NCBI GenBank assembly: GCA_034421995.1
Contig: DAOUJY010000047.1
Location: 39,125 to 103,124, forward strand
Direction: 5' to 3'
Length of the DNA stretch: 64,000 bases
From: Dehalococcoidia bacterium
GTDB lineage: Bacteria; Chloroflexota; Dehalococcoidia; Lucifugimonadales; UBA3495
Positions within the stretch are counted from its first letter, which is position 1; every line of letters starts with the position of its first letter. Under the pieces are notes generated by a model. It was given only the letters and a program-made list of their open reading frames with translations. It did no database searches and was not told the DNA's origin. A program made the translations under genes and the position numbers. This document shows positions 49,503 to 58,551 of the stretch, in pieces.

Positions 49503-49530
49503 GGGATTGCCGCGCTGCGCTCGCAATGAC
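49503..49530 (-). repeat. REP hairpin family P5, inverted copy (gggattgccgcgctgcgctcgcaatgac)
   Basis: Reverse complement closely matches the copy at 60370-60396. Confidence 0.7.
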
Positions 49531-49552
49531 ATTTTCGTACCGGGTCGGCTGG

Positions 49553-49936
49553 TTACACCCGCCGGCGTTTCGGTGGCCGCACGCCGTTGTGGGGGATGGG
49601 CGTCACGTCCCGGATGCTGTTGACGTTGAGACCGGCGCCCTGGAGCGCCCGGATGGCGGGTTCGCGTCCGGAGCCGGGACCCTTGATGTACACGTCGATG
49701 TTGCGCATACCCATGTCCACGCCCCGCCGGGCAACCTGTTCGGCGGCCCGTTGCGCGGCGAAGGCAGTGCCCTTGCGGGAGCCACGGAAGCCGGCGGTGC
49801 CGGAACTGCCCGAGGCCACCACGTTGCCGTCCGGGTCGGTCAGGCTGACCAGGGTGTTGTTGAAGGTCGAGTAGATGTAGGCGCGGCCCTGGGGTATGGA
49901 CCGGCGCTCACGGCGACGGGCACGTGGACGGGGCAT
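49553..49936 (-). CDS. rpsK: 30S ribosomal protein S11
   Basis: [12 protein letters not shown]...GFRGSRKGT...[13 protein letters not shown]. Confidence 0.96.
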   Translation of the reverse strand: MPRPRARRRERRSIPQGRAYIYSTFNNTLVSLTDPDGNVVASGSSGTAGFRGSRKGTAFAAQRAAEQVARRGVDMGMRNIDVYIKGPGSGREPAIRALQGAGLNVNSIRDVTPIPHNGVRPPKRRRV

Positions 49937-49963
49937 TGAACTTCCTCTCTATAGGGTGGTTTC

Positions 49964-50068
49964 GTCAGAATCGGATTTACGGGATTATCGGATTTTCAGG
50001 ATGGTGTAATCGTTGCCGAAGCCTTGTGATCCTGTCAATCCTATAATCTTGAAAATCCTGATTCTGAC
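49964..50068. mobile_element. MITE-like inverted-repeat element, family M3
   Basis: gtcagaatcggattt...atcctgtcaatcctataatcttgaaaatcctgattctgac. Shares its right arm with 41066-41156. Confidence 0.6.
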
Positions 50069-50083
50069 AAACTCCAGCAGCGA

Positions 50084-50476
50084 TTACTTCTTCCCGCCGG
50101 TGCGGCGGCCGCGGCCGGCAACGGTGCGCCGGGCGCCCTTGCGGGAGCGGGCGTTGGTCCGGGTGCGCTGGCCGTGCACGGGCAGGTTGCGGCGGTGTCG
50201 CAGGCCGCGATAGCTGCCGATGTCGATCAGCCGGCGGATGTTCTCGTTGTTCTCGCGCCGCAGGTCCCCCTCGGTAAGGTAATCCTGGTCAACGATGACG
50301 CGGATGCGGTCAACTTCCGTCTCCGAAAGCTCGTTCATCCGCGGCGGCATATCCGTGTCCAGATTGGCCTTGCCGACGATTTCCAAGGCTTTGGCGGGAC
50401 CAATTCCGTAGATGCTGCGCAGGGCGATGTGTGCGCGCTTGCGGTCGGGTACGTCAACTCCGGCGATACGAACCAT
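50084..50476 (-). CDS. rpsM: 30S ribosomal protein S13
   Basis: MVRIAGVDVPDRKR...YRGLRHRRNLPVHGQRTRTNAR. Confidence 0.96.
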   Translation of the reverse strand: MVRIAGVDVPDRKRAHIALRSIYGIGPAKALEIVGKANLDTDMPPRMNELSETEVDRIRVIVDQDYLTEGDLRRENNENIRRLIDIGSYRGLRHRRNLPVHGQRTRTNARSRKGARRTVAGRGRRTGGKK

Positions 50477-50501
50477 GGTGATTGCTCCTGAAATTCTTTC
50501 T

Positions 50502-50742
50502 CGTCAGTCCAACTTCTACTCGTCAGTCCAACTTCTACTCGTCAGTCCAACTTCTACTCGTCAGTCCAACTTCTACTCGTCAGTCCAACTTCTACTCGTC
50601 AGTCCAACCTCTACCCGTCAGTCCACCTTTCTACTCGTCAGTCCAACCTCTACCCGTCAGTCCACCTTTCTACTCGTCAGTCCAACCTCTACCCGTCAGT
50701 CCACCTTTCTACTCGTCATTCCGGCGAAAGCCGGAATCCAGG
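50502..50742 (+). repeat. Eleven tandem 19-20-nt units (cgtcagtcc...) ending in REP hairpin P1
   Basis: 5x cgtcagtccaacttctact, then 3x [cgtcagtccaacctctacc + cgtcagtccacctttctact], then cgtcattccggcgaaagccggaatccagg. Confidence 0.9.
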
Positions 50743-50788
50743 GACCGCCAGGTGCCTGATTCCTCGACCGTAGTTTCACATTCCAGCG

Positions 50789-50816
50789 CTGGATTCCCGC
50801 GAAAGCGGGAATGACG
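50789..50816 (-). repeat. REP P1-like hairpin, inverted, stem variant (ctggattcccgcgaaagcgggaatgacg)
   Basis: Read directly. Compensated stem change (ccggc to cccgc). Confidence 0.7.
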
Positions 50817-50834
50817 GCGGAACAAGAACTCGGC

Positions 50835-50948
50835 CTAGCCTTGGCGCTGGGCGTGCTTGCTGTTGACGCAGATGATGCGCACCACGCCCTTGCGCCGGAT
50901 GACCCGGCAACGGTCACAGCGTGGTTTCACGGATGCTGACACTTTCAT
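50835..50948 (-). CDS. rpmJ: 50S ribosomal protein L36
   Basis: Not in the ORF track (37 aa). Hand translation: [37 protein letters not shown]. Confidence 0.9.
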   Translation of the reverse strand: MKVSASVKPRCDRCRVIRRKGVVRIICVNSKHAQRQG

Positions 50949-50969
50949 CGGGTTTCTCCGTAGCCTTCG

Positions 50970-51188
50970 CTACTTGAAGCGATAGGTGATGCGGCCGCGA
51001 CTCAGGTCGTAGGGGGACAACTCCACCAGGACCCGGTCGCCGGGCAGCACTCGAATGAAGTGCATCCGGATCTTGCCCGAGATATGGGCCAGCACCTGGT
51101 GGTCGTTGGGCAGTTCCACCCGGAACATCCCGTTGGGGAGAGCTTCAGTTACCTGAGCCTCAACCTCTATCGCTTCTTTTTTAGCCAT
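50970..51188 (-). CDS. infA: Translation initiation factor IF-1
   Basis: 72 aa; ...[34 protein letters not shown]. Confidence 0.96.
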   Translation of the reverse strand: MAKKEAIEVEAQVTEALPNGMFRVELPNDHQVLAHISGKIRMHFIRVLPGDRVLVELSPYDLSRGRITYRFK

Positions 51189-51248
51189 AAATCAGCCCGC
51201 TTTAGGCGTGCCATCCCCGGCGGCTGGCGCCGATGGGCACGAGCCTCG

Positions 51249-52058
51249 TCAGTCGTGTACGGAAAGTATTTTCGGCCCATCTTTGGTGATGGCCAGGGTA
51301 TGCTCAAAGTGGGCGGAAAGCGCGCGGTCAGCGGTCACCACCGTCCAGTCGTCGTCCAGGATTTCGGTGGCCTCGGTGCCCAGGTTCAGCATCGGTTCGA
51401 TGCAGATGCACATGCCGGGCCGGAGCAGAACACCCTTGCCCGGTTCGCCGTAGTTGGGAACCTGGGGGTCTTCGTGCAGGTGCCGGCCCACGCCGTGGCC
51501 GACAAACTGGCGCACCACGCCGTACCCCCGCGGGGCGGCGTACCCTTCCACCGCCGCGCCGATGTCCCCGACGCGGTTGCCCGGCTGGGCAGCGGCGATG
51601 CCGGCGTACAGGCTCGCCCTGGTGTCGTCCATCAACTGCTGGGCCTCTTCACTGATCTCACCCACCGCCACCGAGATGGCGGCGTCGCCGATGAAGCCGT
51701 CGATGATGGCGCCCACGTCCATCTTGATGATGTCGCCCTCTTTGAGGACACGCTTGCCGGGGATGCCGTGGACGATCTCCTCGTTCACCGAAGCACAGAT
51801 GGTCCCAGGGAAGCCCTGGTAGCCGAGGAAGGCGGGCACCGCGCCCATGCTGCGGATGTTCTTCTCCGCGATCCGGTTGAGCTCGCCGGTGGTTATGCCA
51901 GGCTCAACTGACTCCCGGAGCAGGGCAAGGGTAGCGCCGACGATGCCGCCGGCCCTTTCCATCGCCTCCATCTCACGACGGGACTTGATGGTTACCCCCC
52001 CAGTGTAGGCTGAGGGGGAGTTGGAGGCTGTTTTTCGCTTGGAACTGTTTCCCACCAT
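51249..52058 (-). CDS. map: Type I methionine aminopeptidase
   Basis: Metal-ligand blocks DIIKMDVGA..DGF.GD, HGVGR, CIEPM and EHT. Confidence 0.93.
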   Translation of the reverse strand: MVGNSSKRKTASNSPSAYTGGVTIKSRREMEAMERAGGIVGATLALLRESVEPGITTGELNRIAEKNIRSMGAVPAFLGYQGFPGTICASVNEEIVHGIPGKRVLKEGDIIKMDVGAIIDGFIGDAAISVAVGEISEEAQQLMDDTRASLYAGIAAAQPGNRVGDIGAAVEGYAAPRGYGVVRQFVGHGVGRHLHEDPQVPNYGEPGKGVLLRPGMCICIEPMLNLGTEATEILDDDWTVVTADRALSAHFEHTLAITKDGPKILSVHD

Positions 52059-52150
52059 TGCTATTGTACCTCACTTCCCTCCGGATTGCCACTTTGCTTT
52101 GACGCTTCACGTAACTGTTCAGGCTTGTGCTGCCGTCGCAACGCCAAATT

Positions 52151-52177
52151 CGTCATACCGGCGAAAGCCGGTATCCA
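52151..52177 (+). repeat. REP P1 variant (cgtcataccggcgaaagccggtatccag)
   Basis: Compensated stem variant, in the adk-map spacer. Confidence 0.7.
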
Positions 52178-52218
52178 GAAATCTTTGCCCTGTTCATGTT
52201 GACTGATGCGCGGCGTTT

Positions 52219-52246
52219 CTGGATTCCTGCTGGCGCAGGAATGACG
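52219..52246 (-). repeat. REP P1-like hairpin, inverted variant (ctggattcctgctggcgcaggaatgacg)
   Basis: Read directly in the adk-map spacer. Confidence 0.65.
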
Positions 52247-52286
52247 AGTTCCTGACTGCTGTTCCCGTCAAATCTGAACGGTTGCC

Positions 52287-52979
52287 TTATTCGTCGCCTG
52301 TCTCCAGTGTCTGCAACACCGAAGCGTTGACGGCTTCCACGGAGCCTTCCCCGGCGACGTCAGCCAACAGGCCCCGTTCCCGGTAGAAGTCCAGCACCGG
52401 CGCCGTCTCCTGGTGATACACCGTAAGACGGTTGGCCACCGCTTCCGGCGTGTCGTCGTCCCGCTGGTAGATGTCGCCTCCGTCGGAGCAGTACTCGCAT
52501 CGTTTCGGCGGCGCGCCGGTGGCGTCGTCGCGGGCGTAGGGCCGCTGGCAGGCCCGGCAGATGTAGCGGTTGCTGAGCCGGCGGATCAGCTCGTCGTCGG
52601 CCACCCGGATGTGAATTACCCGGTCGATGCCCTGGCCCCTTTCTCCCAACGCCGATTCCAGAGCCTGCGCCTGGTTGGTGTTGCGGGGGAAACCGTCCAG
52701 CATGAACCCTTCACCGCCGCCAATCTGACCGATCCGGTCAATCACCATGCCGATGGTCACTTCATCGGGAACCAGCGCGCCCCGGTTCATGTAACCCCGC
52801 GCCAGCTCTCCCAGCTCGGTGCCGTTGGACAGGTGGTGCCGGAACAGATCTCCCGAGGCGACGTGCTCAATGCCCAATCGCTCCTGGAGCAGTTGGGCCT
52901 GCGTGCCCTTGCCGGCTCCAGGCGGGCCGAAGAGCACCAGTTTGAGGCCGCCGGATTTTTGACCGGAAACCGTCGTCAT
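52287..52979 (-). CDS. adk: Adenylate kinase (Cys4 zinc lid)
   Basis: LVLFGPPGAGKGTQ. The lid has CRAC...CEYC. ATG 52979 overlaps the secY stop (ATGA). The 545-aa track ORF is an out-of-frame extension. Confidence 0.93.
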   Translation of the reverse strand: MTTVSGQKSGGLKLVLFGPPGAGKGTQAQLLQERLGIEHVASGDLFRHHLSNGTELGELARGYMNRGALVPDEVTIGMVIDRIGQIGGGEGFMLDGFPRNTNQAQALESALGERGQGIDRVIHIRVADDELIRRLSNRYICRACQRPYARDDATGAPPKRCEYCSDGGDIYQRDDDTPEAVANRLTVYHQETAPVLDFYRERGLLADVAGEGSVEAVNASVLQTLETGDE

Positions 52980-54307
52980 CTCAAGAATCCCTCGTAGTTG
53001 CGCATCATCAGTTGCGCTTCCAGCTGGCGCAGGGTGTCCAGACCCACGCCCACCATGATGAGCAGGCTGGTGCTGCTGAGGGCGATGGCCTCCACGTTGG
53101 TGACCAGTGACGCCAGGTACGGCACGATGGAGATGAACCCCAGGAACAGCGCCCCGCCCATGGTGAGGCGAATGATGACCCGGTTCAGATATTCCTGGGT
53201 GGGCCGCCCCGGTCGTATGCCCAGCACGAAACCGCCGTTGCGTTGCAGGTTTTCCGCAATGTTCTGCTGCTGGAACACCACCAGCGTGTAGAAGAAGGTG
53301 AACGCCACCACCAGGAAGAAGGCCAGCACCCAGTAGATGGGACCGCTGGGGCTGAGGGCTACCTGCATATTGCCCGCCAGGTTCCCGACGAAACCGCCCG
53401 TGGCGCTGAGGTACTGCGCCACCGTGCCGGGCAGGATCACGATGGAAAAGGCGAAGATCAGGGGGATCATCCCGGCGGAGTTGATGCGCAGCGGTATGTA
53501 GGTGGAGCCCGATTGCCGGTACATCTGCCCGCCGCGGAAGATGCTGCGCCCGTACTGCACTGGAATGCGCCGGTGGGCTTCGTTGAACACCACGATCAGC
53601 GCGATGATGAGCAGCCCGATCAGCGCGAAGAAGAACACCCCGATGATGTTGTCCCGGTCCAGGAAGCCGGTTGCCAGCAGGCCGGGGAAACCTACCACGA
53701 TACCGGCGAAGATGATCAGCGAGATGCCGTTGCCAATGCCCCGCTCGGTAATCAGTTCGCCCAGCCACACCAGGAACATGGTTCCGGCGGTCAGCGAGAA
53801 AATCATCGCCATGGTCGGCAGCAGCGCATCCCCGGTGAAGCCCACGTTGGTCAGCACGTTGGCCTGCTGCAACAGCACCAGTTGGGCGAAGGCTTGCGCG
53901 ATGGCGATGGGCACCGTACCCCAATGGGTGATGCGGTTCATCTTGATGCGCCCGGCTTCACCCTCCCGCGAAAGGGCCTGCAATTGAGGTATCACCGGCG
54001 TTAGCAGCTGCATGATGATGGACGCGGTAATGTAGGGAAACACCCCCAGGGCCACGATGCTCATGCGGCTCAGAGCGCCGCCGGAGAAGAGGTCCAGGAA
54101 GCCCAGCAACTGGTTGTTCTGGAACAGTTGCTCCAGGTTGGCCACATCCAGGCCGGGTATGGGTATGTGGGCCACCAGCCGGTAGAGGGCCAGCATGGCC
54201 AGGGTGAACAGGATCTTGGCCCGCAGGTCGGGCAGGCTGAACGCGTCGATGGCCGCCTGCAACAGGCGCGGCCAACGACCGCCTCCCTGTACCTCTGACT
54301 GGATCAT
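52976..54307 (-). CDS. secY: Preprotein translocase subunit SecY
   Basis: 443 aa, ten hydrophobic segments, at the canonical position between rplO and adk. Confidence 0.95.
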   Translation of the reverse strand: MIQSEVQGGGRWPRLLQAAIDAFSLPDLRAKILFTLAMLALYRLVAHIPIPGLDVANLEQLFQNNQLLGFLDLFSGGALSRMSIVALGVFPYITASIIMQLLTPVIPQLQALSREGEAGRIKMNRITHWGTVPIAIAQAFAQLVLLQQANVLTNVGFTGDALLPTMAMIFSLTAGTMFLVWLGELITERGIGNGISLIIFAGIVVGFPGLLATGFLDRDNIIGVFFFALIGLLIIALIVVFNEAHRRIPVQYGRSIFRGGQMYRQSGSTYIPLRINSAGMIPLIFAFSIVILPGTVAQYLSATGGFVGNLAGNMQVALSPSGPIYWVLAFFLVVAFTFFYTLVVFQQQNIAENLQRNGGFVLGIRPGRPTQEYLNRVIIRLTMGGALFLGFISIVPYLASLVTNVEAIALSSTSLLIMVGVGLDTLRQLEAQLMMRNYEGFLR

Positions 54308-54346
54308 GCTTCGTCGGGCCTCAATTCTATCGACCGGATCACGCGG

Positions 54347-54829
54347 CTACAGTTCTTCCACCGCGCCGCCGGCTGCTTCGATCTTGGCGCGGGCGGAAGC
54401 GGTGAACTTGTGCGCCGCCACGGTCAGCGGACGGTCCAGTTCGCCGTCGCCCACCACCTTGACCGGCCGGCGCGTGCGCCGGATGACGCCCAGGCGATGC
54501 AGCATTTCGGGGGTAACCCGTGTGTTCGCTTCAAAGCGTTCCTGAAGGGTCTCCAGGTCCACCAGCGCGTAGTAGGTCTTGTAGCGGTTGTTGAAACCCC
54601 GCTTCATGGGGAGACCTTTGATCAACGGCATCTGGCCGCCTTCAAACCCGGGACGCACCCCCGGACCGGAGCGGGACTTCTGCCCCTTCAGGCCGCGCCC
54701 GGCGTAGCTGCCGCCGCCGGCGGCGTCGCCGCGGCCCACGCGCTTACGCGCTCGCCGCGCGCCCTTAGGCGGGGATACTTCGTGCTCCATCATGGTTGTT
54801 CGTGTCTCCGTGTATTGCGTCAGGGTCAT
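54347..54829 (-). CDS. rplO: 50S ribosomal protein L15
   Basis: [13 protein letters not shown]...[12 protein letters not shown]. Start may be 54829 (ATGA overlap with rpmD) or 54793. Confidence 0.92.
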   Translation of the reverse strand: MTLTQYTETRTTMMEHEVSPPKGARRARKRVGRGDAAGGGSYAGRGLKGQKSRSGPGVRPGFEGGQMPLIKGLPMKRGFNNRYKTYYALVDLETLQERFEANTRVTPEMLHRLGVIRRTRRPVKVVGDGELDRPLTVAAHKFTASARAKIEAAGGAVEEL

Positions 54830-55008
54830 TCGACGGGTTCCACCACTACCAAATGCCGCACCTTGTTGACCATCCCCATTATCGTGGGGCTGTCCTCGTG
54901 GACGACCGAGTGGTTCAACCGTTTCAGACCCAAAGATTCAACGATGCGCCGCTGATTGGACGGACGCCCAATGCAGCTTTTCTTCCAGGTGATTTTGATC
55001 TGCGCCAT
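54826..55008 (-). CDS. rpmD: 50S ribosomal protein L30
   Basis: [32 protein letters not shown]... Confidence 0.93.
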   Translation of the reverse strand: MAQIKITWKKSCIGRPSNQRRIVESLGLKRLNHSVVHEDSPTIMGMVNKVRHLVVVEPVE

Positions 55009-55063
55009 TGTGGTTCGTTCCTGCAATCGGCTATCTGGAGCGTGAAGTGGTCATCCCCGGTGT

Positions 55064-55984
55064 TCAGGCCGACCCTTCGGCGGCGTCGGTCCCGATTTCG
55101 GCTGATGTGTCGGCTGGGGCCTCGGCCGGAGCGTCGGCCTCAGCGGTCACCTCGGCAGCGGCCACCGGCTCCGCTTCTACCGCCGCGCTGTCGGCCTCAA
55201 CAGCAGCCGGAGCGTCCTCCGCCGCAGGGGCAACTGGTTCCGCCACGGCTTCAGCGACGGGTGCGGGTTCCGGCGTGGCTTCAGGCGCAGCGGTTTCGGC
55301 CGGCGGTGTAGTCGTCACGGCGTCTGCTTCAGGTGCCGTTGCCGATGCTCCGTTTGCGCCCGGCGGAGTCAGGCCCAGGCGAGCGGCGCGTTCCGTTTCC
55401 GGATCACGGAGCTGGCCCAGGGCTTCCAACGTGGCCTGGACGATGTTGATGGGGTTGCGGGAACCCAGGGACTTTCCCACCACGTCCTGCACGCCGCCCA
55501 ATTCCAGCATGGCCCGCATTGCGCCGGCGGCAATGACGCCGGTGCCCAGCGGGGCCGGCTTGATGATGACGATGGACGCGCCCTTGCGCACCGAGATTTC
55601 GTGGGGGATGGTGCTCCCCTTGATGGGGATCTGGATGGTGCTGCGCCGGGCCACCGCGGTTCCCTTGCGAACCGCATCGGGGATCGCCAGCGCCTTCCCC
55701 ATGCCGGCGCCCACGCGCCCCTGCCCGTCGCCCACCACGACCAGGGCGTTGAAGCGCAACCGGCGGCCGCCCTTGACGACCTTGGCAATGCGACGGGTGT
55801 GGACCACCCGCTCGTTCATGCCGCCGCTGTCGTCTTCGCGTTGGCGCTGTTCCCGGTCGCGGCCTCGACCGCCGCGTCCACCGCGACGTTCACCGCCGCC
55901 TTCGCCGCCGCCCCGGTTGCCCGGGCCGCCGCCTCGATTACCTGGGCCGCCTCTTGGCCCTCTGCGGGATGCGGGAGATACCAT
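55064..55984 (-). CDS. rpsE: 30S ribosomal protein S5 with a Gly/Arg-rich N-terminal and an Ala/Glu/Pro/Thr-rich C-terminal extension
   Basis: The core RIAKVVKGGRRLRFNALVVVGDGQGRVG...GTGVIAGGAMRA is flanked by low-complexity tails. 306 aa in total. Confidence 0.93.
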   Translation of the reverse strand: MVSPASRRGPRGGPGNRGGGPGNRGGGEGGGERRGGRGGRGRDREQRQREDDSGGMNERVVHTRRIAKVVKGGRRLRFNALVVVGDGQGRVGAGMGKALAIPDAVRKGTAVARRSTIQIPIKGSTIPHEISVRKGASIVIIKPAPLGTGVIAAGAMRAMLELGGVQDVVGKSLGSRNPINIVQATLEALGQLRDPETERAARLGLTPPGANGASATAPEADAVTTTPPAETAAPEATPEPAPVAEAVAEPVAPAAEDAPAAVEADSAAVEAEPVAAAEVTAEADAPAEAPADTSAEIGTDAAEGSA

Positions 55985-56343
55985 CAGAAAACAAGCCCTC
56001 CTTCCCGGGCGGCGTCGGCCAGGGCCTTGACCCGACCGTGGAAACGGTAGCCGCCCCGGTCAAACACCACCGAGCTCACGCCGGCAGCGATGGCTCTTTC
56101 GGCCACCAGCTTGCCGACGGCTTCCGATGCCGCCGTTTTTGGCGTGGCATCGTCGCTGCCGATTTCGTGGCTGGAGGCATAGGCCAGGGTATGGCCGCGA
56201 GCGTCGTCGATCACCTGGGCATAGATACTCTTCAGGCTGCGAAAGACGCACAGGCGCGGCCTCTGGGCAGTACCTATGACCTTGTTGCGAACCCGGCGGT
56301 GCCGGACGACGCGCAATTTTCGGGAGTCTTTATCGCGTGGCAT
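55984..56343 (-). CDS. rplR: 50S ribosomal protein L18
   Basis: [20 protein letters not shown]...[24 protein letters not shown]. Confidence 0.95.
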   Translation of the reverse strand: MPRDKDSRKLRVVRHRRVRNKVIGTAQRPRLCVFRSLKSIYAQVIDDARGHTLAYASSHEIGSDDATPKTAASEAVGKLVAERAIAAGVSSVVFDRGGYRFHGRVKALADAAREGGLVF

Positions 56344-56373
56344 TTTTCTCTTGCTCTCAAATTACCCTGATGT

Positions 56374-56401
56374 CGTCATTCCGGCGAAAGCCGGAATCCA
56401 G
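56374..56401 (+). repeat. REP hairpin P1
   Basis: cgtcattccggcgaaagccggaatccag in the rplR-rplF spacer. Confidence 0.8.
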
Positions 56402-56410
56402 CGTCCTGTT

Positions 56411-57025
56411 CTAAACGGCCCGCCGCGCCGCGGCTTTGCCGGGTTTGAGACGGAGCACCTCGCCCTGGTAGCGGATGCCCTTCTCTTTGTAACGATTCGG
56501 GGGGCGGACCTTGCGGACTTTGGCCGCCAACTCGCCCACTTTTTGCTTGTCCACGCCACTGATGTGGACCCGGTTGTTGCCCTCAACCTGCATGGTCAGC
56601 CCTTCTTGCGGGAACACGTCCACGGTATGGCTGTAACCTACGCTGAGGGTAATGCCCTCCCCATTTTGCTGGACACGATAACCCACGCCCATGAGCTCCA
56701 GGGTCCGGTTGTAACCTTCAGTGACCCCGATGATGGCGTTGGCAATCAGCGAGCGGGTCAGGCCGTGCAGGGAATGGTGGAACTTGCGCTCCGTCAGCCG
56801 CTCCACGACCACCTGGCCGTCTGCAACCGTCACGTTGACTTCGGGATGATACTTCTGCGTGACCTGTCCCCGCGGCCCCGTCACTATGACGCCGCCGTAG
56901 ATGACCTCCACCTGCACGCCGTCGGGGATCGGGATAGGCTGCCGACCGATGCGGGACAGTGGCTTCTCTGTGGGCGGAACTCGCTGGGCCACGCCCTCGC
57001 TTACCATGACTTCGTTACCAGACAT
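56411..57025 (-). CDS. rplF: 50S ribosomal protein L6 (with N-terminal extension)
   Basis: LSRIGRQPIPIPDGVQV... Start is ambiguous: 57025, 57007 or 57067. Confidence 0.9.
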   Translation of the reverse strand: MSGNEVMVSEGVAQRVPPTEKPLSRIGRQPIPIPDGVQVEVIYGGVIVTGPRGQVTQKYHPEVNVTVADGQVVVERLTERKFHHSLHGLTRSLIANAIIGVTEGYNRTLELMGVGYRVQQNGEGITLSVGYSHTVDVFPQEGLTMQVEGNNRVHISGVDKQKVGELAAKVRKVRPPNRYKEKGIRYQGEVLRLKPGKAAARRAV

Positions 57026-57413
57026 AACAGACCAACTCTCCTCCGATACCCTTGCGCCAGGCTTCATAGCCGGTCATCATCCCCTGGGATGTGGAAACGA
57101 TGGCGATGCCCAGGCCGCCGTACACCCGCGGGATTTCACCCTTGCCGACGTGTACGCGCAGGCCAGGCTTGCTGATGCGCCTCAGGCCGCGAATGGCGTT
57201 CTGATCGTCGTCGCGGTACTTCAAGTGCACCCGCATGGTGGGGAACTTCTGGTTCCGCGCCAGGTCCCAATCCCGGATGTAGCCCTGGTCCTTCAGAATG
57301 TCGGCGATGGCGGTTTTCAACTTGGACTGGGGCACCAGCACCGTCTGGTGCCGGGCCTGGATGGCGTTGCGAATGCGGGTCAGCATATCGGCAACCGGGT
57401 CGTTAACGGGCAT
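57015..57413 (-). CDS. rpsH: 30S ribosomal protein S8
   Basis: MPVNDPVADMLTRIRNA... Confidence 0.96.
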   Translation of the reverse strand: MPVNDPVADMLTRIRNAIQARHQTVLVPQSKLKTAIADILKDQGYIRDWDLARNQKFPTMRVHLKYRDDDQNAIRGLRRISKPGLRVHVGKGEIPRVYGGLGIAIVSTSQGMMTGYEAWRKGIGGELVCYVW

Positions 57414-57442
57414 TGCGGCGATGCTCCTTGTTACTTGGTGAT

Positions 57443-57532
57443 GTCATCCCAATAACTCCTGCCATTCCGGCCAATAACTCCGGTCATTCCGGCCAATAAC
57501 TCCCGTCATTCCGGCGAAAGCCGGAATCCAGG
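57443..57532 (+). repeat. Stutter array (~20-nt units gtcattccggccaataactcc) ending in REP hairpin P1
   Basis: Three degenerate tandem units plus a complete hairpin, in the rpsN-rpsH spacer. Confidence 0.8.
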
Positions 57533-57550
57533 AATTTCACCACTACCGTC

Positions 57551-57856
57551 CTACAAACTCGCCTTGCGGACGCCGGGCAGGAATCCCTCCAACGCCATCT
57601 CGCGGAAGGAAATGCGAGACAGTCCGAAGTGTCGGATGTAGCCACGGGGCCGTCCGGTGGCGCCGTCCCGGTTGCGGATGCGGTTGGGATTAGCGTCGTG
57701 GGGCAGCAGGGCCAGTTTTTGGCGAGCCTCAAAGCGCTGGCGCGGGGTACTCGTCATGTCCCGCGCCTCCGCCAGCAGGGCGGCGCGCTGGGCGGCGTAC
57801 TGGGTGACCGTGCGCTTGCGCCGCTCGTTTTTGGCGATGGAGGATTTCTTGGCCAA
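57551..57856 (-). CDS. rpsN: 30S ribosomal protein S14 (long, non-zinc form)
   Basis: 101 aa. MAKKSSIAKNERRK...RNRDGATGRPRGY. No CxxC pairs. Confidence 0.94.
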   Translation of the reverse strand: MAKKSSIAKNERRKRTVTQYAAQRAALLAEARDMTSTPRQRFEARQKLALLPHDANPNRIRNRDGATGRPRGYIRHFGLSRISFREMALEGFLPGVRKASL

Positions 57857-57870
57857 GATTCATTTCTCCT

Positions 57871-58533
57871 CTACTGCCGGATGAACGGCATATCGAAGTG
57901 CTCCAGCAATCGGGTCGCCTCGGCGTCGTTGCGGGCGTTGGTGGTGATAGTGACCTGGAGGCCGCGCAGCCGGTCGATGCTGTTGTAGTCAATCTCCGGG
58001 AACACGATCTGTTCCCGCAGGCCCAGCGAATAGTTGCCGCGCCCGTCGAACCCGTTGCGGGAAATCCCCCGAAAGTCGCGGATACGCGGCAGCGCCGTAT
58101 AGATCAAACGCTCCAGGAAGTAATACATCCGGTCGCCGCGCAGGGTCACGGCGGTTCCAATGGGGTTGCCCTGGCGCACCTTGAAACCGGCGATGGAGCG
58201 GCGGGCCCGGGTGATGACCGGCTTCTGACCCGATATGGTGGTCAGGTCCCGCACCGCGCTTTCCATCGCCCGTCCGTTGGTCAGGGCCTCGCCCAGGCCG
58301 ATGTTCAGGTTGACCTTGGTGACCCGGGGAACCTGCATCGGGCTGGAGTATTCGAACTCCTGCATCATTGCCGGGATGATTTCCTCGCGGAACTTGATCT
58401 TGAAGGCCGGCGGCGGCAACTCGTTGGGTTGGGCGCCGTTGCTCTCGGCTTCTTCCTGCCGTTGCCGCTGGCGGCGGCCTTCGCCCTGGTTGGCCCGTTC
58501 TTCGTTAGATCTTACCTGCTGGTCAGTAGCCAT
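57871..58533 (-). CDS. rplE: 50S ribosomal protein L5 (with a charged N-terminal extension)
   Basis: Core [23 protein letters not shown]...[16 protein letters not shown]. About 40 extra N-terminal residues. Confidence 0.93.
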   Translation of the reverse strand: MATDQQVRSNEERANQGEGRRQRQRQEEAESNGAQPNELPPPAFKIKFREEIIPAMMQEFEYSSPMQVPRVTKVNLNIGLGEALTNGRAMESAVRDLTTISGQKPVITRARRSIAGFKVRQGNPIGTAVTLRGDRMYYFLERLIYTALPRIRDFRGISRNGFDGRGNYSLGLREQIVFPEIDYNSIDRLRGLQVTITTNARNDAEATRLLEHFDMPFIRQ

Positions 58534-58551
58534 GATGCTCACTCGCCCGCG

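Noticed and set aside
50502-50713. Possible CRISPR array.
   Set aside because: The period is only 19-20 nt with no unique spacers, and the units abut directly. No cas genes are present in the window.
50412-50814. Two ORFs (115 and 110 aa) over the rpmJ-rpsM spacer.
   Set aside because: They are translations of the 19-20-nt tandem repeats and the REP hairpins (LLVSPTSTRQS..., VIPAKAGIQ). They have no start context.
52287-53924. 545-aa ORF spanning adk and most of secY.
   Set aside because: Only the last 230 codons (from ATG 52979) are adenylate kinase. The upstream part is an out-of-frame read through secY with a nonsensical Arg/Pro/His-rich product.
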